Source of the DNA: an uncultured Candidatus Saccharibacteria bacterium
GTDB taxonomy: Bacteria > Patescibacteriota > Minisyncoccia > Phycocordibacterales > SBAW01
DNA: 64,000 nt
Direction: 5' to 3'
NCBI GenBank assembly: GCA_964650645.1
Contig: CAZYUH010000001.1
Location: 219,032-283,031 of the forward strand
Part shown: positions 46,101 to 56,201 of the stretch, one piece after another
How the letters are laid out: each line of letters opens with the position of its first letter
How positions within the stretch are numbered: the stretch's first letter is position 1
The notes under the pieces: model-generated
The model's input: only the letters and a program-made list of their open reading frames with translations
What the model was told of the DNA's origin: nothing
Databases searched by the model: none
Translations under genes and position numbers: made by a program

Positions 46101-46456
46101 AAACGGGCAGGGATAGGGGCGCTCGTGCCCACGAGCTGCATGCGCATGCCGGTCAACACAGCAACCCCTATCTTGCAGACGAACGGCGTATCAGCGACGC
46201 CCAGCACCTGCATGCCCGGCGACGCCGGAGGCCCTATAAGCTTGGTAATGGTTGCGGGAGTCCAGATGAGCGGCGTTACGAACGTGAACGGCGCCGGCGC
46301 GGTAATAACATAGAACGAGGGACCGAGCGCGCTCACGCAGGGAACGGAGCTTATGACCTTGCCGCCGAACGAGACGCCGAGCGCCGAGGCGGAAAAAGGG
46401 AAGGCGAACGCGCCCGCCATGACGGCTATCGCCATAAATTTAGTGAATGTCGGCAT
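46097..46456 (-). CDS. small secreted Cys-containing protein (119 aa)
   Basis: Signal peptide MPTFTKFMAIAVMAGAFAFPFSASA. Divergent from the membrane-protein cluster. Confidence 0.4.
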   Translation of the reverse strand: MPTFTKFMAIAVMAGAFAFPFSASALGVSFGGKVISSVPCVSALGPSFYVITAPAPFTFVTPLIWTPATITKLIGPPASPGMQVLGVADTPFVCKIGVAVLTGMRMQLVGTSAPIPARF

Positions 46457-46478
46457 CTTTCCATTATATACTGGACGC

Positions 46479-47360
46479 ATGAGCCCACGCAGCTACCTGC
46501 CTTCGGCGCAGTTCATGGTCATTGTCGGCTCCTTGCTGGTTGCGGGAGGCGCCGTCGCGGCGGCCCAGCACTACACTTCCGCGAAGAACGCGCCTGCCAC
46601 GCTCGCGAGCGCCGGCAAGAATGCGGGAACAGAGGAGTGGGAAAAGTCGCTTGCCGATATCCAGGCGCAAAGCGGCGTCGACTTGCCCGACGCGCCCGAC
46701 CCTAACGCGGTCAACACCCTCATAAGCCTCTCCCAGAGCGACAACCTGACCGACAGCGTCGGCCGGGGCATTTTGGCGCGCATCACGACGGCCAACATGC
46801 AGGGACTGGGGGACGACGCGCCCACCCAAGACAGCATTATCGCCGCAGCATCCGCCCAAGTGAACGCTTCAGCAAGAGAAGTCCCGCCTCCGGCCCTCAC
46901 GCTGGTCGAGCCGACCCTGGAGAGCCAGCGCGCGTTCGGCAACGCCGTCATGGAGGCCCTTAACCGCCACCCGAAGGCGAACTCCAACGACACCATGGGC
47001 ATACTCGCCAAGGCGACCGATACGCGCATTACCGCCCCCCTCTCGGGACTGCCTGCCATAGGGAAGGAGTACGCGGCGCTTGCGCGCGACCTGGCGGCCA
47101 TACCGGTCCCCTCGACCCTCGCTCCTTTATATAAGGAAGCGGTGGCGAACTTCTCGGCGATAGCGGCGCTGTATCCGGACATGGGAAAAGTAGTGGATGA
47201 CCCGATAAAAGGCATCGCCGCGCTGCAGCAGTACCAGGCGCTCCTGGCCGAAACGGGCGGCGTGTTCACAAACATGGCCCAGTCTCTCAAGAATGGCGGT
47301 ATACTTTTCACTAAGGACGAACCCGGAAGCGCGTGGGAATTTTTCCTGTCCGCGTCCTAA
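46479..47360 (+). CDS. N-terminally membrane-anchored protein (first gene of the T4SS-like cluster; VirB8-like topology)
   Basis: One TM helix (FMVIVGSLLVAGGAVAAA) then a 250-aa external domain. TATACT lies 6 nt before the ATG. Confidence 0.45.
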   Translation: MSPRSYLPSAQFMVIVGSLLVAGGAVAAAQHYTSAKNAPATLASAGKNAGTEEWEKSLADIQAQSGVDLPDAPDPNAVNTLISLSQSDNLTDSVGRGILARITTANMQGLGDDAPTQDSIIAAASAQVNASAREVPPPALTLVEPTLESQRAFGNAVMEALNRHPKANSNDTMGILAKATDTRITAPLSGLPAIGKEYAALARDLAAIPVPSTLAPLYKEAVANFSAIAALYPDMGKVVDDPIKGIAALQQYQALLAETGGVFTNMAQSLKNGGILFTKDEPGSAWEFFLSAS

Positions 47361-47377
47361 ACGCCCGCCATCACTCA

Positions 47378-49372
47378 ATGCCACGGAAGATCATCCTCAT
47401 AATAGTCGGCGCGTTGCTCTTCCTGGCCCTCTTGGCGCTCTTGTGGTTCTGGTTTTTACACCGCTCGCCCGCGGCCGACACCGCGACTCCAGGCGGCTTC
47501 GCCACGTCGAGCGACCGCACGCAGGGCAGGGGCACCGGCCAAGCCCAAGGCAACACGCCGTCCGGCGTACTGCCGGGCGGCGCTACCGGCCAGCAGGTAG
47601 ACAACGGTGACGGTATCGACATTACCGGAGGCGGCATCGGCACGGCCGGTGGCATCGGTACCGGCGGGCTGGGCGGCGTTGGCACCGGCGGAAGCGGCAT
47701 CGGCATGAACGGGAGCGGCATAGACATGGGCTCGTCGAGCAGTTCAGGCGCGGGTACCGGGTCGCAGGCGGGCACCACCACCGACGCGGGCGGCGTAACC
47801 ACCGGCGCCTGGCTCGGAAGCAGCGTATCGGAGCGCATATTCAGCCCGAGCGACATCGCCGACCTCAATAATCCGGGCGCCCTGGGCGGCACGCCGTTCA
47901 TATCGACCACGCCCCAGCCGGCAAGCCTCGGCAATTCCGGGCTCGTGCTCGGGCTTACGGCGGCGGGCTGCCTGGCGCAGTGGGCCGCCAACCAGATAGC
48001 CGGCACCGTCGCGACCGCGGTCGACCCGGGGACCATAGGCGGCGCGGCCATAGGAGTCGTCACGGCCGACATCGGCGCGGCGAAGCAGCGCAACGAGTCC
48101 AAGAGCCAGACGGTAATGCAATGCATCGTGAAGTCGATAGCCCAGGCGGCCATAGACCAGATCACGCGCAGCGTCGTCAACTGGATAAACTCCGGCTTCA
48201 ACGGCCAGCCGTCGTTCGTGACCAACTTCAACCAGTACTTCGCCAACGTGGCCGACCAGGCGGCGGGGCAGTTCATAAAGGGCTCGGCGCTCTCGTTTTT
48301 GTGCAGCCCGTTCGCGCCGCAGATAAAGATAGCCATCGCGCAGAGCTACGCCAACCGCAACGGCTCGTCCGGGGCGTCCTGCTCGCTCTCCAGGGTGACC
48401 AATAACATCAACGGCTTCCTCGGCGGCAACTGGGGCGCGGGCGGCTGGAGCAGCCTCCTGCAGTTCACGACCGTGCCCACCAACAACCCCTACGGCGCGT
48501 ACGCCTACGCGCAGATAGGGCTCAACGGCGCCATCGCGAACGCGCAGAACAACGCCAACCGCAACATATCGCCGGGCGGGTTCATATCGGTGCAGAAATG
48601 CGACAACGTGCCCCTGGTGACGGCCGGCACCGGCGCGATGCAGACCCGCAAGAACTGCAAGGTGACCACGCCGGGGCAGGTCATAGAGGACTCGCTGAAG
48701 GCGAGCCAGAACTCGTCCATAAACCAGCTCAACATCGCCCAGGACATCAACTCGATAATCAACGCGCTCACCAACCAGATGGTGCTCAAGACCCTGTACG
48801 GCGGGCTCGCCAACGCGAATAGCGGCGTCACCAACCCGCTCGCGCCCGCCATAGACCAGGCCGCGAGCGCGCAGGCCAAGGACATGCTGGCCAGCCTGCA
48901 GGCGAGCGCGAACTACGCGGTGCAGTACGGCTCGGCCAAGCAGGGAAGCGCCTCGGACATCCAGCAGGTCCAGCAGAACTTCAATACGCTCTACAACTGC
49001 TGGCAGACCGCCGCGTCGTCGACAGCGCTCACCCCCGACAAGCAGGCGCAGGGGGCGCAGGGGGCTACGACCGCCGACACGCAGATACTCCAGCTCCAGG
49101 CGCAGATAGACGCGCTCAACGCCGACATCACGCGCGCCAACGCGGCCATGGCGACGATACAGAACCTCCAGTCGCAGGTGCTCTTCGCGGCCACGCCCGG
49201 CGACATATCGGCGGCCGCCTACGCCATACAGGCCGCAGGCCCGTCGCTCATGACCCAGGCGGACGTCACCACCGCCCAGCAGAACCGCGCGAGCCTCCAG
49301 ACCCAGCTGACCGCCACCAACCAAATGGCCCAGAGCGGGCTCGCGCAGTGCCGCGCCGTCCTGGGCGCATAA
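47378..49372 (+). CDS. membrane-anchored Gly-rich/large ectodomain protein
   Basis: TM helix (ILIIVGALLFLALLALLWFWFL), a GGIGTGG glycine-rich linker, a 450-aa Asn/Gln/Ala-rich domain, and a C-terminal coiled-coil. Confidence 0.5.
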   Translation: MPRKIILIIVGALLFLALLALLWFWFLHRSPAADTATPGGFATSSDRTQGRGTGQAQGNTPSGVLPGGATGQQVDNGDGIDITGGGIGTAGGIGTGGLGGVGTGGSGIGMNGSGIDMGSSSSSGAGTGSQAGTTTDAGGVTTGAWLGSSVSERIFSPSDIADLNNPGALGGTPFISTTPQPASLGNSGLVLGLTAAGCLAQWAANQIAGTVATAVDPGTIGGAAIGVVTADIGAAKQRNESKSQTVMQCIVKSIAQAAIDQITRSVVNWINSGFNGQPSFVTNFNQYFANVADQAAGQFIKGSALSFLCSPFAPQIKIAIAQSYANRNGSSGASCSLSRVTNNINGFLGGNWGAGGWSSLLQFTTVPTNNPYGAYAYAQIGLNGAIANAQNNANRNISPGGFISVQKCDNVPLVTAGTGAMQTRKNCKVTTPGQVIEDSLKASQNSSINQLNIAQDINSIINALTNQMVLKTLYGGLANANSGVTNPLAPAIDQAASAQAKDMLASLQASANYAVQYGSAKQGSASDIQQVQQNFNTLYNCWQTAASSTALTPDKQAQGAQGATTADTQILQLQAQIDALNADITRANAAMATIQNLQSQVLFAATPGDISAAAYAIQAAGPSLMTQADVTTAQQNRASLQTQLTATNQMAQSGLAQCRAVLGA

Positions 49373-49378
49373 CCTATC

Positions 49379-51847
49379 GTGAATAGCAAACTGCAAAAAC
49401 TGAAAGACATATGCCGCACGATGGTTCTCGCGCTTCTCATGCTGGGGATAGCGGGAGGGGTGCTTCCCATACCCGCGCCCAGGGCTGAGGCCCAGGGCAT
49501 ATCGGAAACCGCATCAAGCGTAGGGAATGTCATAAATGACACTCCCGGATCATGCGCGCAGCGCGGCGGCACATGGAACGGAGTCACTGGCGCAGGGTAC
49601 TGCTCCGTATCCCCCAACAGCCCCGCCGGCCGCGTACAAGGGGGGTTCGACGCCCTTAAAGAGGACTCGTCCGTGTGCCCCATAACCAGCCCAAGCGTCT
49701 GTCTCAGCAATATTGTGTACGTGTTTACCGTAGGTTTGGGTAGCGGCCTTGCCTATATAAGCGCGTTCATGCTCGACACCAGCGTCTCGCTGTCGCTTAA
49801 CAGCGCCGCGTACGCGCTCACGTTCCTCTCCGCGGGATGGACCACCACGCGCGACCTCGCCAACATGGCGTTCATACTCATACTGGTCTACCTTGCCTTC
49901 ACCATCATGTTCCGCGCGGAGACCACCAACACCATTCGCACGCTCGCATGGGTCATATTCATCGCGCTCATCATAAACTTCAGCTTCTTTTTTACGCGCG
50001 TCGTCATAGACGCGGGCAACATACTGGCGGTGCAGTTCTACAACAGCGTCGGCACCGGGCCAAACGGGAAGACGGTCACGATGGCGGAGACCTTCGCCGC
50101 CACCAACAGCGGCACCGGGGCGCTCGCCAACACCGCCACGGGCGCCATAAGCTACGTTATGCCGAACGGCACCCTGGAGAACACCAAGGACCTGACCGCG
50201 AGCATTATGCACGGGCTCAACGTGCAGGAGCTTCTGAACACCAAGGGCTTCAAGAGCTTCGAGAGCAACAGCGGATTCCTCGCCAAATTCATCACGCTCT
50301 CGCTCTTGTACCTTACAGTCGGCGCATGCTACTTCATACTCGCCGCCATGTTCCTCGCGGTGGGCGTCAAGTTCATCATCCGCATCGCGGTGCTCTGGTT
50401 CCTCATCATCGCCTCGCCTTTAGCGTTCGTGTGCAAGGCGGTGCCCAACAAGCCACACATATCGGGCCAGTACGACAAGTGGCAGAGCATGCTGGTGCAC
50501 CACGCCTTCTACCCGGCGTTCTTCCTGTTCATCTTCTTCTTCCTCTCCGTCATCATGACCAGCATGAACGCGGACGGCGGCATCATGGGCAACCTGGCGA
50601 AGGACCTCAACGCATTGGCGTCCAACCCCAACCTGGGCGGCGGCACCTACCTCCTGAACCTCATCGCCGTGGTATTCATCCGCCTCGGCCTCGTCATCGC
50701 GATGCTCTACATCGCGCTCAAGGCTTCCGAGGCTTTGAGCGTGAAGGGAAGCGAGGTGGCGCGCAGCGTGACGGGCTTCGCGTTCAGCCAGACCGGCAGG
50801 CTCGCCGGCGCGCCGGTGGGCTACTTCGCCCGCAACACCATAGGCAGGGGAGGCGCCGCGATGGCCAACAAGAGCGCTGATTTCGAGCGAAAGGCGGTGA
50901 AGGCGCCTTTTCTCAAGAAGCTGGCCTTTAACGGGGCCGCAAAGGCGACAAAGTCGGTAGGAACCTCGCTCGGTACGGCCACGTTCGACCCGCGCAACGC
51001 TCCCGGGGCAAGCATACTCAAGAAGGGGGTGCAGAATATTACCAGCGGCCCCATCAACGCGGGCAGCCCGCCCGCCGGCGGCTACATAGCGCAGGAAAAG
51101 GAGCGTAACGAGAAACGCAAAGCGGCGGAAATAGAAGAGAAGAAAAAGGACCGCGAAGCGAGCAACCAGAAGGCACTGCAGGACCTCATAGAAAAGAGCG
51201 CGCGCCATGACGAGCTTGAGGCCAAGGAAAAGGCGGGGACCATTACGCAGATTGAAAGGGACCAGAAACACATGCTTAAGCGCCAGATAGGCGGTCTTGA
51301 GAGCAAGATAAACGGGCTAAATAAGGGCGAAATAGACAGCTATAAGCTGGCCGACCTCCAGAAAGCAGTGAAGCACCTGAATAAGGATACGGTAAAGAAA
51401 ATAAATGAGAGTGACAAGCACGACGAGAAAGGCAAGGAGGATCTCCGCATGACGCACACTCTCGCTATGCAGGAAAAAACCGGCAAAATAAGCATCGAGA
51501 AGTCCCAGGAGATCATTAACGAGATCAGGGGCCTGCACGCATCACTCTCCAACATAGCCAAAGTGCCTGTAGCTATGACGGCAAAGATAGAGCGCGCGGT
51601 CGCCGCAGGAAAAGCACTCAATCCGCAGGTCATTAGCGAAGCGAACAGGGAAGCTAAGAAGCTTAAGGCCGTGTACGCCCATAAGCAGAGCAGCGGGAGA
51701 TCGAAGCTAGATAGAGATGACGCCAAGGCCGCCGTCGACACCCTTAACGAGGTCATACCTCATCTGGAAAAGCTCAAGGGGCATATAGAAGACGTGCCGG
51801 AGACCCTAGGCGGCACACCCAATGAAAAGGAATTTATAATGGCATAA
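49379..51847 (+). CDS. polytopic membrane protein with C-terminal charged coiled-coil (VirB6/TrbL-like by architecture)
   Basis: 822 aa. Signal peptide, Cys-containing ectodomain, at least 6 hydrophobic helices, and a Lys/Glu-rich C-terminus. GTG start. Confidence 0.5.
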   Translation: MNSKLQKLKDICRTMVLALLMLGIAGGVLPIPAPRAEAQGISETASSVGNVINDTPGSCAQRGGTWNGVTGAGYCSVSPNSPAGRVQGGFDALKEDSSVCPITSPSVCLSNIVYVFTVGLGSGLAYISAFMLDTSVSLSLNSAAYALTFLSAGWTTTRDLANMAFILILVYLAFTIMFRAETTNTIRTLAWVIFIALIINFSFFFTRVVIDAGNILAVQFYNSVGTGPNGKTVTMAETFAATNSGTGALANTATGAISYVMPNGTLENTKDLTASIMHGLNVQELLNTKGFKSFESNSGFLAKFITLSLLYLTVGACYFILAAMFLAVGVKFIIRIAVLWFLIIASPLAFVCKAVPNKPHISGQYDKWQSMLVHHAFYPAFFLFIFFFLSVIMTSMNADGGIMGNLAKDLNALASNPNLGGGTYLLNLIAVVFIRLGLVIAMLYIALKASEALSVKGSEVARSVTGFAFSQTGRLAGAPVGYFARNTIGRGGAAMANKSADFERKAVKAPFLKKLAFNGAAKATKSVGTSLGTATFDPRNAPGASILKKGVQNITSGPINAGSPPAGGYIAQEKERNEKRKAAEIEEKKKDREASNQKALQDLIEKSARHDELEAKEKAGTITQIERDQKHMLKRQIGGLESKINGLNKGEIDSYKLADLQKAVKHLNKDTVKKINESDKHDEKGKEDLRMTHTLAMQEKTGKISIEKSQEIINEIRGLHASLSNIAKVPVAMTAKIERAVAAGKALNPQVISEANREAKKLKAVYAHKQSSGRSKLDRDDAKAAVDTLNEVIPHLEKLKGHIEDVPETLGGTPNEKEFIMA

Positions 51848-51851
51848 CAAC

Positions 51852-52583
51852 ATGGCACGAAAGGTATACTCGCAGGAAGAGATAGAGAGGCGTATGGACG
51901 CGCTGCCTGAGGCCGCAGCGGACTTCCTCTATAGCAGCGAAATGAACGGCATTATAAAGAGCATTGCCGACAAGCACGCGCTGCATATAGACCAAATGGG
52001 CCTCCTGGGGGCAGAGGCAGGGCAGCTCATATTAGGACTCACCGAGCCGCAGGACTTTGCGCCGTATATCGCCGAGAGCCTGAATATTGGAGCGGACAAG
52101 GCGGCCACCATAGCAAAGGACGTAAACGACCAGCTTATGTCCAAGATACGGGCATCAATGGGGCACCCGTCGAGCGCTGGGCCCGAATCAAAGCCGTCCG
52201 CGCCCTCGTTCGCGCCTTCTACGCCCATGCCGGCCGCCGCGTCACCGTCTCCTTCAGTCGTGATGCCTTCATCCGTTGCTTCCGCTGCTCCTGCCGCCGG
52301 CGCACCGACCCCGCCCGCTGGCACGCCCCCTTTCGCGCAGAGCGCCTCTGCCACGCAAGCGCCGACCCCCGCTCCCGCGCCGAGATCTCCTGCACCAGCG
52401 CCGAATCTCGGAGCTGCGGATGCCATATTGACCGAGAAAAAAGTCACGCCGCCCGCTCCAGCGCCCGCGAGCGCCCCTTCCGCTCCCGCGCCGGTTGCCC
52501 ATGCGGCGGCGCCAGCGCCGAAACCCGACCCGGCCCAGCCGAAACCCTATACCGCCGATCCGTACCGCGAGCCTGTTGAATAA
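51852..52583 (+). CDS. hypothetical protein with Pro/Ala-rich C-terminus
   Basis: 243 aa ORF packed between cluster genes. Confidence 0.45.
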   Translation: MARKVYSQEEIERRMDALPEAAADFLYSSEMNGIIKSIADKHALHIDQMGLLGAEAGQLILGLTEPQDFAPYIAESLNIGADKAATIAKDVNDQLMSKIRASMGHPSSAGPESKPSAPSFAPSTPMPAAASPSPSVVMPSSVASAAPAAGAPTPPAGTPPFAQSASATQAPTPAPAPRSPAPAPNLGAADAILTEKKVTPPAPAPASAPSAPAPVAHAAAPAPKPDPAQPKPYTADPYREPVE

Positions 52584-52604
52584 ACAGGATATATACTAAA
52601 GGGG

Positions 52605-53048
52605 ATGGCGCAGTACCAAGTACCCCAGTTCATCGAGGTCGAAGACAAGATATTCGGCCCGCTTACCCTCAAGCAGTTCATCTACCTCGCCGGCGCGGGT
52701 GGGCTCGCGCTCCTGTGCTTCACGCTCCTGCCGCTCTTCCTCGCCCTGCCGCTTGCCGGCCTTGCAGGCGGCATCGGGGCAGGGTTCGCGTTCTATAAAG
52801 TGAACGGAAGGCCGCTCATCGTCGCCGCAGAGCACGGCTTCAGCTACCTCTTGGGCAACAAGCTCTACCTGTGGAAGCAGCGCGAGGCGAGGGCGGAGCC
52901 GGTTGAAGCGAAGAAAGAGGCCGCCGACCCGTCCACCATTACCGTGCCGAGGCTCAGCCAGAGCCGGCTCAAGGACCTGTCCTGGTCGCTCAACATCAAG
53001 GACCAGAACCAGCCCCAGAACGCCGCGCGCGGCAATCTCCAACTATAA
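52605..53048 (+). CDS. small two-TM membrane protein (VirB3/PrgI-like)
   Basis: 147 aa with a hydrophobic hairpin LKQFIYLAGAGGLALLCFTLLPLFLALPLAGLAGGIGAGFAFY. It sits immediately upstream of the VirB4 ATPase, as VirB3 does. Confidence 0.5.
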   Translation: MAQYQVPQFIEVEDKIFGPLTLKQFIYLAGAGGLALLCFTLLPLFLALPLAGLAGGIGAGFAFYKVNGRPLIVAAEHGFSYLLGNKLYLWKQREARAEPVEAKKEAADPSTITVPRLSQSRLKDLSWSLNIKDQNQPQNAARGNLQL

Positions 53049-53050
53049 CC

Positions 53051-53704
53051 ATGGCAACCCAAGCATCCCAGGCTAAGGCGGCGCAGGACTTCGTCCCCAT
53101 AAAGGAGGTGCGCAACGGCATCGTGATACTTAAGGACGGCAGCCTGCGCGCGCTCCTCATGGCCTCCTCCATAAACCTCGCGCTCAAGTCCCAGGACGAG
53201 CAGCAGGCGATAATCGGGCAGTTCCAGAACTTCCTCAACTCGCTCGAGTTCACGGCGCAGTTCTTCGTCGAGAGCCGCGACCTCGACATCCGCCCCTACA
53301 TCGCCCTCCTGGAGGACCGTTACGCCAAGGAGCTCGACGACCTCATGCGCATCCAGATACGCGAGTACATCGCGTTCATCAAGGACTTCACCGAGCGCGC
53401 CAACATCATGTCGAAGAACTTCTTCATCGTCGTGCCGTACGACCCGGCGTTCGCCGCGCGCGGGAAGGGGATCTCGTCGGTGTTCTCGGGCGGCGGCGCG
53501 GCCTCCGCGGCCATGAGCGACGAGCAGTTCGAGCAGTACCGCACCCAATTGGAGCAGCGCGTCGCGGTCGTCGAGCAGGGGCTGGTCCGCACCGGCGTGC
53601 GCGTCGTCGAGCTGGGCACCGAGGAGGTCATCGAGCTCTTCTACAAGCTCTTCAACCCCGGGGAGCTCGAAAAGCCGCTCCAGGTAACGCAGATACCCCG
53701 CTAA
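53051..53704 (+). CDS. VirB4/TrbE-family ATPase, N-terminal domain encoded as a separate ORF
   Basis: KEVRNGIVILKDGSLRALLMASSINLALKSQDEQ... matches the conserved VirB4 N-domain (CagE_TrbE_VirB). Stops 10 nt before the ATPase ORF, which is in another frame. Confidence 0.6.
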   Translation: MATQASQAKAAQDFVPIKEVRNGIVILKDGSLRALLMASSINLALKSQDEQQAIIGQFQNFLNSLEFTAQFFVESRDLDIRPYIALLEDRYAKELDDLMRIQIREYIAFIKDFTERANIMSKNFFIVVPYDPAFAARGKGISSVFSGGGAASAAMSDEQFEQYRTQLEQRVAVVEQGLVRTGVRVVELGTEEVIELFYKLFNPGELEKPLQVTQIPR

Positions 53705-53714
53705 GCACAGACCT

Positions 53715-55529
53715 ATGGCACTACTCGATTTCCTCAAGACCAAGCAGGACCCGAAAAGCTCTCCCGTGGCGCCCATCATGCCCGAGCAGATCTACAAGCA
53801 GGGCGTCCTCGAGCTCCAGGACGTCATCGCGCCCTCGGCGCTCAAGATCACCCCGCGCGAGATAAACCTCGGCGACAAGATAGCGCGCACGTTCTTCGTT
53901 ATGTCGTACCCGCGCGTCCTCTCCGACTCGTGGTTCGCGCCCATCATCAACCTCGACCGCGTCATGGACATGTCGGTGTTCATACACCCCATAGACTCGG
54001 CCGACATCCTCAAGAAGTTCCAGAAGAAGGTGGCCGAGGTGCAGAGCCAGATAATGGCCCGCGAGGAGAAGGGCCTCGTGCGCGACCCGGTGCTCGACAC
54101 CGCCTACCAGGACCTCGAGAACCTGCGCGACCAGCTCCAGCAGGCGCAGGAGAAGCTCTTCGACGTCGGCGTCTACATCACCATTTACGGCGCCACGGTC
54201 GAGGAGCTCGACAAGGTGGAAAGCGAGATAAAGTCCATGCTCGAAAGCAGGCTGGTGTACGTGAAGCCGGCGCTCTTCCAGCAGGAGCAGGGCTTCAAGT
54301 CGGTCCTGCCGCTCGGCCGCGACGAGCTCTCGGTGCTCTCCAAGCTCAACTCCTCGCCCCTTTCGTCCATCTTCCCGTTCGTGTCCTTCGACCTCACCTC
54401 CGACAAGGGCATCCTCTACGGCGTCAACCGCCACAACGCCTCGCTGGTCCTCTTCGACCGCTTCTCGCTCGAGAACTACAACTCGGTGATATTCGCCAAG
54501 TCGGGCTCGGGCAAGTCCTACATGACCAAGCTCGAGATACTGCGCACGCTCATGTTCGATACCGAGGTCATCGTCATCGACCCCGAGCGCGAGTACGAAT
54601 TCCTGGCCCAGGCGGTAGGGGGGCGCTATTTCAACATCAGCCTCAACTCCGAGCACCACATCAACCCCTTCGACCTGGCGCCCCCGCGCGAGGACGAGTC
54701 GGCGGCGGACATTTTGCGCTCCAACATCGTGGCGCTGGTGGGCATGTTCCGCATCATGCTCGGGGGCCTCACGCCCGAGGAGGACGCGATAATAGACAAG
54801 GCGATAACCGAGACGTACGCGCTCAAGGACATCACCATAGACAGCAACTTCGCCGAAGTGGAGCCGCCGCTCCTGAGCGACTTCGAGCTGGTGCTCTCGG
54901 GCATGCAGGGCTCGGAGTCGCTGGTCCAGCGCCTCTCCAAGTACACCAAGGGCACCTGGAGCGGGTTCATCAACCAGCCGACCAACGTGGACCTCAACAA
55001 GAAGTTCGTCGTGTTCTCGGTGCGCGACATGGAGGACGACCTCAAGCCGGTCGCCATGTACCTCATTACGCACTACATATGGAACGCGGTGCGCAAGAAC
55101 CTCAAGAAGCGCCTCATGGTCATTGACGAAGCCTGGTGGATGATGAAGAGCGAGGACACCGCCTCCTTCCTCTACGGCATGGCCAAGCGCGGCCGCAAGT
55201 ACTACCTGGGGCTCGCGACCATTACGCAGGACGTGGACGACTTCCTCAAGTCGCCGTACGGATTGCCCATGATATCCAACTCGTCCATCCAGATACTGCT
55301 CAAGCAGTCGCCCACGACCATAGATACCCTCCAGAAGACCTTCAACCTCTCCGACGAGGAGAAATACCTCCTTTTGGAGTCGGACGTGGGGGAGGGGATA
55401 TTCTTCGCGGGCCTCAAGCACGTGGCCATAAAGGTGATAGCCTCATACACCGAAGACCAGATAATTACCTCCGACCCCTCGCAGGTGTTGGCATTGCGCA
55501 AGCAAAAGACCGAAGCCGTGGCACAATAG
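53715..55529 (+). CDS. VirB4/TrbE-family type IV secretion ATPase (C-terminal ATPase part)
   Basis: Walker A FAKSGSGKSYMTK, Walker B LMVIDEAWWMM, and VirB4-like motifs throughout. Confidence 0.85.
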   Translation: MALLDFLKTKQDPKSSPVAPIMPEQIYKQGVLELQDVIAPSALKITPREINLGDKIARTFFVMSYPRVLSDSWFAPIINLDRVMDMSVFIHPIDSADILKKFQKKVAEVQSQIMAREEKGLVRDPVLDTAYQDLENLRDQLQQAQEKLFDVGVYITIYGATVEELDKVESEIKSMLESRLVYVKPALFQQEQGFKSVLPLGRDELSVLSKLNSSPLSSIFPFVSFDLTSDKGILYGVNRHNASLVLFDRFSLENYNSVIFAKSGSGKSYMTKLEILRTLMFDTEVIVIDPEREYEFLAQAVGGRYFNISLNSEHHINPFDLAPPREDESAADILRSNIVALVGMFRIMLGGLTPEEDAIIDKAITETYALKDITIDSNFAEVEPPLLSDFELVLSGMQGSESLVQRLSKYTKGTWSGFINQPTNVDLNKKFVVFSVRDMEDDLKPVAMYLITHYIWNAVRKNLKKRLMVIDEAWWMMKSEDTASFLYGMAKRGRKYYLGLATITQDVDDFLKSPYGLPMISNSSIQILLKQSPTTIDTLQKTFNLSDEEKYLLLESDVGEGIFFAGLKHVAIKVIASYTEDQIITSDPSQVLALRKQKTEAVAQ

Positions 55530-55535
55530 GGGTAC

Positions 55536-56201
55536 ATGAACCTCGGATTGCGCGTCTTCGCCGGACTCATCGACCTCCTGCAGTTCATATTCTTCATAGT
55601 ATTTTTGGCGTTCCAGCTGATGACGCCCGCGGGCGGGGGCGCGGCAGGCGCGGCAGGCGGCGCCTACGCGTGCTGGTCGCTCTCGGGCGGGATACTAGAG
55701 GGCATAGCCAACGCGGTAGCTTGCGCGGCAGCCGGGGGCATCGGAGGCGCGCTGCTCAGCGCCTTCGCTATCCCCTTAGGGATAGCCATAGACATGACTC
55801 TCAGCTGGACGCTTGGCCTCCTCCTTATCATCGCGCTAGTGGTAACCGGGCGGTTCTCATTCATGGCGGTCGTTGCGGGCTTTACCGTCGAGATGATGCC
55901 GGGCCTCAACGCGTTCATACCCGGCTGGAGCCTGCTCGTGCACCGCTCACTGCAGGCGCACAAACTCAAGCGGCAGGGCGTCGGCTTGGCAGGGCGGACC
56001 ATGCTTAGCGTGGCGGGAAGCGCCGCGGGCCTGGTGCCCGGAGGCAGCATCGCCAAAGCCGCCCTCAAGCCCGCCCTGGGCGCCGCCGCATATGGCATAA
56101 GCGCCGCCACGACCCCTCTTCGCGATACCGGGCGGGTGCCCCTTAAGAATTTCGACGGCATACGCCCGGCAAGCGGCGCAAACCCTAAAGCATATGCATA
56201 A
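55536..56201 (+). CDS. Gly/Ala-rich multi-TM membrane protein
   Basis: 221 aa with 3-4 hydrophobic helices and GGAAGAAGG tracts. Confidence 0.45.
   Translation: MNLGLRVFAGLIDLLQFIFFIVFLAFQLMTPAGGGAAGAAGGAYACWSLSGGILEGIANAVACAAAGGIGGALLSAFAIPLGIAIDMTLSWTLGLLLIIALVVTGRFSFMAVVAGFTVEMMPGLNAFIPGWSLLVHRSLQAHKLKRQGVGLAGRTMLSVAGSAAGLVPGGSIAKAALKPALGAAAYGISAATTPLRDTGRVPLKNFDGIRPASGANPKAYA

Noticed and set aside
47560-47760. Periodic GGIGT/GGSGIG repeats in 47378-49372 as a possible CRISPR-like or tandem DNA repeat.
   Set aside because: They are in-frame codons for a glycine-rich linker, irregular in length, with no spacer structure. No CRISPR array or cas gene exists anywhere in the window.
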